From Candidatus Latescibacterota bacterium (GTDB lineage: Bacteria > Latescibacterota > UBA2968 > GCA-2709665), in assembly GCA_965248435.1 (NCBI GenBank), contig OZ252100.1:4384001-4448000 (forward strand): DNA of 64,000 nt, in the 5' to 3' direction. Numbering within the stretch: position 1 is the stretch's first letter; each line of letters opens with the position of its first letter. Shown here in pieces: positions 59,001-64,000 of this stretch. The notes beneath the pieces were generated by a model that ran no database searches, was not told the origin of the DNA, and saw only the letters and a program-made list of their open reading frames with translations. The translations under genes were made by a program, and so were the position numbers.

Positions 59001-59101
59001 GGGCCCGAGATGCAGGCCACGTGGAAGCCCGTGAAGTCGAGCGGGGGTACGTCTTCGCCGTAGCTCAGGAAGTTTCGAAGGGAAAGGGAGACGGGAATCA
59101 T
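56054..59101 (-). CDS. sbcC: SbcC/Rad50 SMC ATPase
   Basis: GPNGHGKS, CPLCG zinc hook, YSGGE, IDEGFG; ATG overlaps sbcD stop. Confidence 0.95.
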   Translation of the reverse strand: MIPVSLSLRNFLSYGEDVPPLDFTGFHVACISGPNGHGKSAILDAITWALWSEARKAGTERKPDAGLLRIGSTEMQVAFEFDLEGVRYRVSRAYRRSKRSAASSLDLQVFDPVTRRFKALSEENSVRKTQQRLNLLLRMNYDTFINSAFIIQGHADEFTRRSARERKHILGEILALSRYDDLNGLARTHSLQAEQAAESIRLRLRDIESATSNLEDHRNGVEAASERIRILEAALADSEAKLKTLLREKARLDLRQAEWIESKKEKVRLDADQIEAEALSEAIRTELSVCRGVLQDREKILKDCERHTSLRVEEEVLQQKRFNLHALEKRQNELERRILECRHALERRLTEVDLRLSSAERGIAEADEALRCREEVQSGLSELEAARFKEKELSALRAERESLERQLRDRERRLEVVCAELQAALHTRIGQHDRLKQLADQIPELEKAEREARQHREERRRLEERRDRLRSANTVLESDMEVARARQDDLSRAIGKTETQRSALEQAGDQPCPLCGSSLDDQHRTEVGAELDGKLDEMKTGLAQLAHEVSVAEAKRGELRRNEEKVDLGLAQHEGAEAGLARADTALRQAQRAVEEMSSLEPKILELKHLLREANDSGPQALCVKEVKKKIDSLDYDPEAHRCLRGRIESLIAFEARQAVLLEAEQRRTSGKQILPGLRQEAAKVRAALDEMSYAPEAQKEYKTVEQEIHALNYDTDLHARVTRELKILADAPARRERLLASEREAEAAKSRLCDQENRARKLAERGEAISRLMSELQESISTRETIEKEVPCLEDAIQEKRVERDLRLQEKVTHQVQYERCLALKESVRDEQQRLNHLSKECRIYKGLTAAFGKDGIQALIIDQAIPEIEDEANRILARLSDNGAQITLESLRDLKTGGTSETLDIQISDELGVRPYELYSGGEAFRIDFAVRIALSKLLARRAGTRLSTLVIDEGFGTQDQEGLSKLIEAIQTISQDFEKILVVTHVESLKTAFPVHIQVTKHPHIGSRFELG

Positions 59102-60366
59102 CAGGACGCCCCCCCTTCGAGTTCGAATTCCAGTTTTGCCGCGCCTGCCTGGAGGTCGTCTTCGAGGCATGCCAGTTCAGGATGGTTCGAAAGGTAGGCG
59201 TGGAGCGCATCTTTGAGGCCGGTGTGCTCCGAGATGCTGGCCCGTGGATTTCGGACGCTTGGCTTCGGCAGAGGTGAGATGCTTGAGAGGAGAAAGGCGT
59301 TCTTAAGGGCTTGTTTTACCGCCTTGACGTCTATGACGACTTCCCGGCTCCCCTGAATTTCGTAGAAGATGCGCACGACGGCGTCGTCCAACGAGTGGCG
59401 CAGGATCTCGTTTGTGATCGCCGTCGTGGGGTCGGCCCCATCTCCGACGTTGACCAAAATGGTCTTGAACCGGCGTGCAGGGGTTTGCAGGAAGCGATAT
59501 TCCACCTCTCGAGATGGCACTGCTTCGGAGGATGCATCCGAGTTGTGGATGGTAACCAGACAGACGCCTTTGGGCTCCTCCTGCTCTCCGAAGTCGATGC
59601 GCTCAATGCTGCCGGGATAGACGACCGAGGGGCGTCCGTTCGGGTTCAAGTCCTGGAATTTGTGAATGTGCCCAAGGGCCACGTAGTCGAACGCCGGGTT
59701 AGCCAGGGTGCCGGTGAGGAAGACGGGATCACGCCCGATGATCGCCGTTTGTTCTGAACCGGAGAAGGCGGCGTCTGCTGCGGCGAGGTGGGCTACGAGG
59801 ATCGCGGGGAACCGGGCGTCTAAACGTCGGACAAATCCTTCGATGATCTCCTCGCCTAGGTGCTGGAGCCTTTCGACGAGCTGTTCAGGAGTGAGGTCTT
59901 GATATTCGGCCTTGGCTGCAAGGCGGCCTCGCTGCAGCCACGGGAGGCATGCCACTTGAACCGACCCCGATCGGGTCTGGATGGTAAAAAGCTCATCCTT
60001 CTTGGTTGCCACGTAGAAATTGGGGATGTTCAGTGTACTGAAGATGTCTAGAGATGAAGCTTTTCCGAAGGCGACAGGGGTGTCGTGGTTACCTGCGACC
60101 AGGACGACCGGGATTCGAGCTTCGCTGAACATTTTGATGAGCCCGGCGAACTCGCGCTGCTGTGTGGGTGTAGGATCGCAGGAACGGTAAGCGTCTCCGG
60201 CGAAGACGACGAGATCCACCTCTTCAGCAATGGCCTCCTCGAAGGCGAACCGAAGACAGTTCACGAAGTCCTGGAGACGGGTATGGAGGCCCGTAGACGG
60301 ATCCAGGCGGCCGTGGTTCTCGACGCCGATGTGGGCGTCCGCGAAGTGAAGGAACTTGATTTCCAT
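59101..60366 (-). CDS. sbcD: SbcD/Mre11 nuclease
   Basis: DAHIG, AGD, GNHD, LGHIH, YPGS. Confidence 0.95.
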   Translation of the reverse strand: MEIKFLHFADAHIGVENHGRLDPSTGLHTRLQDFVNCLRFAFEEAIAEEVDLVVFAGDAYRSCDPTPTQQREFAGLIKMFSEARIPVVLVAGNHDTPVAFGKASSLDIFSTLNIPNFYVATKKDELFTIQTRSGSVQVACLPWLQRGRLAAKAEYQDLTPEQLVERLQHLGEEIIEGFVRRLDARFPAILVAHLAAADAAFSGSEQTAIIGRDPVFLTGTLANPAFDYVALGHIHKFQDLNPNGRPSVVYPGSIERIDFGEQEEPKGVCLVTIHNSDASSEAVPSREVEYRFLQTPARRFKTILVNVGDGADPTTAITNEILRHSLDDAVVRIFYEIQGSREVVIDVKAVKQALKNAFLLSSISPLPKPSVRNPRASISEHTGLKDALHAYLSNHPELACLEDDLQAGAAKLEFELEGGAS

Positions 60367-60506
60367 GCGGAGAAAAGGAATGAATGGGGAGAAAGCACGA
60401 ATGAAGGAAAAAAGGGGATACAGAGAGAGGAGGATCGAGTGGAATGTAGGCAGAAGGCGGGGAGCGTGTCAAGGGGGCGAAGAAGACCTTCAGGATCCGA
60501 CCATCA

Positions 60507-60648
60507 CTGTAGGACCGGTCTCCAGACCGGGAACTGGCTCTACGTTGCTGCATAACGCCAGATCATAAAACCGGTGAATCCGCACCGGTATGCATTGGTG
60601 TCTATCTGTGGCTGATTACCCTTCCCCGACAGGAGTCGGGTCCTACAG
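60507..60648. repeat. REPIN-like element: two inverted GTAG-REP hairpins
   Basis: GTAGGA-CCGGTC-TCCA-GACCGG and, on minus strand, GTAGGA-CCCGAC-TCCT-GTCGGG. Confidence 0.75.
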
Positions 60649-60679
60649 CTAAGGTGCCTTATGATTCTGGCGGATGTCC

Positions 60680-62491
60680 TTATAAGTTGCCCAGTTCGAC
60701 TTGTATGGCCCACGACGGGGTAAAGCCGGCCAAGGTGCGCCGAATTGCGTAGCGCACTGTAACCCTGGACCGCTTTCCGCCCCAACCGAGGCGAGGCCCG
60801 CCTGCGTATCCCCGACCGGTCAGGGTGAGCAATTGACTGCCACCCCACACAGATGGGACGAAGGCATAGATGCGAGCTTCGTAGGCGGAGATCGTGTAGA
60901 TTGCCCCCCAGAGAGCGACCTGAAATCCTGTCCGTCCACCCCCCCGGAGATTGATCCCGCTCGCGAGGCCGGAGCCACCCTCCTCGAAGGCACTGATCCA
61001 CGACCGTTCACCCCAGACCTGCAAGCGGCTCCGATCGTCCGACCAACTCAGATCGGTTCTAACGTGTCGCCTGGTGCGTGTTTCGCTCAGTGTCTCCAGC
61101 TGGCTTCCGAAGGAGAGACGGAGGCTGAGGGTTCGGTTCAAGCGATGTGTGAGTCTGAAGCGGGTGCGTTCCCCCCTCGGAGGGAGCGCTCCGGCGTTTT
61201 CGGGGCGAATCCGGCCATAGCGGTCGAGGCTGGCCTCGAATTTCATTCGTTTCCTAGGTTTCCACACGCCACCGAGAAAGATCCCCCATTCGTTCTCAGG
61301 CGATCCGCTGTAAGCGGAGAAGCCCCTGCCGCGAAGGCTTTGAAATTGAGGGTCGTAGCGTCTGGCCAACCCGACGAGGCGGAGCCCGTCCAGTCGTAGG
61401 ACGGCTCCCGTACTCCACGCGGGATGCCGCCCGGATGAAAAAGCGAGCTCGCCGAAACAGGCGAACCGGCCGAAATGGAGGTTCCAGTCCAGGCCGGCCA
61501 GGTCGTTCTGACGTGACGGGGCCTCATCCTGGAGGAGGGGGGGGTTGAACCTGCTCCGCAGCAGAGTGGCCCCTATTGTAGCCGCATAAAGCGGATGGGT
61601 CAGCCGAATCCCGATTGTGCGCTCTTCCAGTCTGTCCTTGCGATGCCGGCCCGTCTCTGTGCTGTGCAGGCCGCCTGTTTTGATTTCCGCACCGGATTCG
61701 TGGATCTGTGCGTCCCACCTGCTGTGAGAGAGGATCGCACTGCCGTTCAGCCGGCGCCACGCACTCTCGGCGTAGAGTCCGCGAAGCGCGCCATTTTCTG
61801 TGGAGGACCGGTAGGCGACGCTCGGAGATGTCTGCGGTCGAGCTGAGCCAACTACCGACGAAGTCCGCTGGTGTCTGCTTAAGATTAGCCCTTGCCCGAA
61901 TCCGGGTCGGAAGTCGCCCAGGATAAGTCGATCCGTGCCCGGAAATCGAGAGGTGACGAGGTAGCCCGTCCAGAAATCAGCGGGGCCGGATTCTCCGGGG
62001 TCGCGCTCCGTGAGCACAGCGAAGTCCACGAGGTTCGGCACAGAGAACTCGGTCCGATGTGAGATTCGTTGCGCGTTCAAGTCTCCGGAAGTGCCAGAGT
62101 GTTCCGAGATGCGAAGCCTCGCCTTCGCTGAGAGGTGGAACGGGACCGTGACGGTCAAGTAAGGTTCGGCGGCGCGAAGTAGCTCGCGCGTCACGCCGTC
62201 GACCTGCAGGAGATCAGCGAGGTTGTGGAAGGGGCCGGACTCGGCTCGGTGGGTTTCGATCTGGTGAGCGAGCTCCGATGAAAACCATGGTAGCACGCGC
62301 AGATCGCCGGCCGAGGCGCGGTTGATGTCGAGACGCAGCCCCTCGATCCCTTCGAGAGTTTCCTGGTAGGCCTCCGCGTCCGCCGGGTCCAGGGACGGAT
62401 GCTCCTGGGCATTTGCGGAACAGCAGATCAGGAGGGAGACGGAGAAAGGGATATTCACCTTTCCCATCCAGTTGTGAAAGAAAAGGGTCAC
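60680..62491 (-). CDS. ComEA-like helix-hairpin-helix protein with C-terminal beta-barrel-like region
   Basis: DINRAS...L..LP, GPF....DL..V.GV, ERDPGE, GDFRPGFGQGL; start uncertain. Confidence 0.8.
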   Translation of the reverse strand: MTLFFHNWMGKVNIPFSVSLLICCSANAQEHPSLDPADAEAYQETLEGIEGLRLDINRASAGDLRVLPWFSSELAHQIETHRAESGPFHNLADLLQVDGVTRELLRAAEPYLTVTVPFHLSAKARLRISEHSGTSGDLNAQRISHRTEFSVPNLVDFAVLTERDPGESGPADFWTGYLVTSRFPGTDRLILGDFRPGFGQGLILSRHQRTSSVVGSARPQTSPSVAYRSSTENGALRGLYAESAWRRLNGSAILSHSRWDAQIHESGAEIKTGGLHSTETGRHRKDRLEERTIGIRLTHPLYAATIGATLLRSRFNPPLLQDEAPSRQNDLAGLDWNLHFGRFACFGELAFSSGRHPAWSTGAVLRLDGLRLVGLARRYDPQFQSLRGRGFSAYSGSPENEWGIFLGGVWKPRKRMKFEASLDRYGRIRPENAGALPPRGERTRFRLTHRLNRTLSLRLSFGSQLETLSETRTRRHVRTDLSWSDDRSRLQVWGERSWISAFEEGGSGLASGINLRGGGRTGFQVALWGAIYTISAYEARIYAFVPSVWGGSQLLTLTGRGYAGGPRLGWGGKRSRVTVRYAIRRTLAGFTPSWAIQVELGNL

Positions 62492-62549
62492 CAGGATACG
62501 GCTTAAGGACGCCGCCTTCCGAATAAAGCGTATGCACTACAGGATTTTG

Positions 62550-62781
62550 CGTGGACGTGGAGACGTGGAACGAGGAAGGAGCTTGCAAGACGTATACCCG
62601 GAGGAATTACGGATTGCGGATCGTGGAAAGAAAGGCATCATTCACTGCAGAGGCCGCGGAGGTCGCAGACAAAATCGAATGATGAGTGTCGAACTGCGGA
62701 ATGTCGAATGACGAAGGAGGGATATCTCACTGCAGAGAGGCAGGGGTCGCAGAGTTCTCCGTCTGCGGTCCGCCGTCTGCC
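62550..62781. repeat. Mosaic of short-period intergenic repeats
   Basis: cgtgga and tcgaatg-like heptamers; two tcactgcagag...gtcgcaga units; 17-mer GTCTGCGGTCCGCCGTC shared with 5925-5941. Confidence 0.65.
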
Positions 62782-62782
62782 C

Positions 62783-64000
62783 TTAAGGCTCGTCCTGCAA
62801 ATCGTCCGATAAGGGAACGATCTTTCGCCGACGGATGGTCAGGATGTACATCCCCGCGTTTTCGCGGTTTCCCCTGCTGAATGCGATTCTCCCTGTGGCC
62901 CCGGATACGCCCGAGAGGGTTTCGAGATGCCCTCTGAGACGCTCCCGCGTCGTTCCCCCTTCCTCCATCGCGCTGAGGACGGCCAGCATGGCATCGTAGC
63001 CGAGTGCCGCGGCAAAGGTCTGATCTCTCCCGAACCGCGTGCGGAACGAGTCGACGAAATCGCGAACGGATGACAGGTCGCTCTTGTCATAGTACTTGGC
63101 GACAAAGACCGTGCCATCCACGTAGCTACCGCCATCCCTGGCCACTTCTTCGTGGTTCCATTCGTCGCTGCCGAGCATCTGGGCGTTGATGCGATGGAAT
63201 GCGACCTGGGGCGCAATAAGGAGAATGTCATCCCTTCCGCCGGCAACCAGGAGACCGTCGATCGTTTCCACGGGCTCCGGCTCCACGGTGTCCGGATCGA
63301 CCGGTACAGGAGGGGGAGGACTGAGCTGGATGTCTCCGAGGAGGAGTTCGTTTACTTCATCCGCGAAGGTTTTGGGCATTTGAAGGGCAAGCCCGGCGTT
63401 TCGCATGCGCCTGAACTGGCCCTGGTAATCCTTGGTCCCGGGGGCGTACCATTCCTGTACCACGACTTCCGCCCCGAGTTCTTCCGCACGTGCCGTGAAT
63501 TCCTTTACGATCCTCGTGCCGTAGGAATCTCGTGATGCGAGGGTCGCCAGGTATTGAAGACCCAGCTTTCGCACGCCGTAGTCGGCAAGTCGCCGTCCCT
63601 GAGCGCCGGGTGTGGCATTAATTTGAAAGACGTAGGGGCTGAGCGAGGCAATCCCGTCGTCCGAGGCCGTCGGGGCGATGAGAGGTACCTCAAGCGTGCT
63701 GACTATGCCTGCAAGCGTGGTGGTTTCCATGCTTGTGAGCGCGCCGACGATGGCAATGACGTCGTGCTGGTCTATGATCCGTTGAGCCTCTTTGAAGGCC
63801 TCGATCGGGTCCCCTTTCGAATCCCCGAAGACGAGGCCGACCTGCTCGCCCGAAGAGAGCGGGTACTGTTCGCGAGCCAGTAAGATCCCGTCTCTGAGGG
63901 CCTTTCCACTGGAGGACTCGAGAGGTGCGATGACTCCCACTTTGTAGCGGGCGTGGATCGGTTCTTGAAGCATTTCTAGTGTTTTTGTTTCAGACTTCTT
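62783..64000 (-). CDS. LppC/LpoA-like type I periplasmic-binding-fold protein, 5' end outside window
   Basis: VGVIAPL, DSKGDP, IVG.L.S, LGYDA, GATGRI.F; frame open to window edge. Confidence 0.85.
   Translation of the reverse strand, partial: KKSETKTLEMLQEPIHARYKVGVIAPLESSSGKALRDGILLAREQYPLSSGEQVGLVFGDSKGDPIEAFKEAQRIIDQHDVIAIVGALTSMETTTLAGIVSTLEVPLIAPTASDDGIASLSPYVFQINATPGAQGRRLADYGVRKLGLQYLATLASRDSYGTRIVKEFTARAEELGAEVVVQEWYAPGTKDYQGQFRRMRNAGLALQMPKTFADEVNELLLGDIQLSPPPPVPVDPDTVEPEPVETIDGLLVAGGRDDILLIAPQVAFHRINAQMLGSDEWNHEEVARDGGSYVDGTVFVAKYYDKSDLSSVRDFVDSFRTRFGRDQTFAAALGYDAMLAVLSAMEEGGTTRERLRGHLETLSGVSGATGRIAFSRGNRENAGMYILTIRRRKIVPLSDDLQDEP

Noticed and set aside
56054-60366. SMC-based defence system (Wadjet/Lamassu)
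   Set aside because: Canonical SbcD plus SbcC with zinc hook; no jet genes or effector partners.

Overview
Moderately GC-rich bacterial chromosomal window. Gene content (short RpoD-family sigma without region 1.1, DUF2723-like and DUF4837-like proteins, orphan GroES, dockerin/EF-hand secreted protein, PVM-type microcompartment) suggests an FCB-group lineage such as Ca. Latescibacterota; this is an inference. In order, the window holds: the F1Fo ATP synthase operon (atpB tail to atpC); nadE; PpiD/SurA, M23 peptidase, rhomboid and other envelope genes; sigma70 and DegP; a PVM-like bacterial microcompartment locus (19.8-27.8 kb); tRNA-Cys and tRNA-Leu followed by a mosaic accessory region with a duplicated tRNA-Leu 3' end and a duplicated 3' end of an FAD oxidoreductase gene; a cluster of uncharacterised small membrane proteins (48-54 kb); aquaporin, sbcCD, a ComEA-like protein and an LppC-like gene cut by the window edge. 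The most novel-looking signal is three adjacent proteins with a gap-free alignable N-terminal anchor plus coiled coil, one fused to a non-catalytic FGE-sulfatase domain. They lie beside a receiver-VOC fusion, an orphan GroES, a second FGE-domain protein and a membrane-anchored ribbon-helix-helix protein. Three genes show abrupt internal deletions and one has an in-frame TGA; these may be assembly artefacts. All calls come from reading the sequence by eye; no database searches were run.
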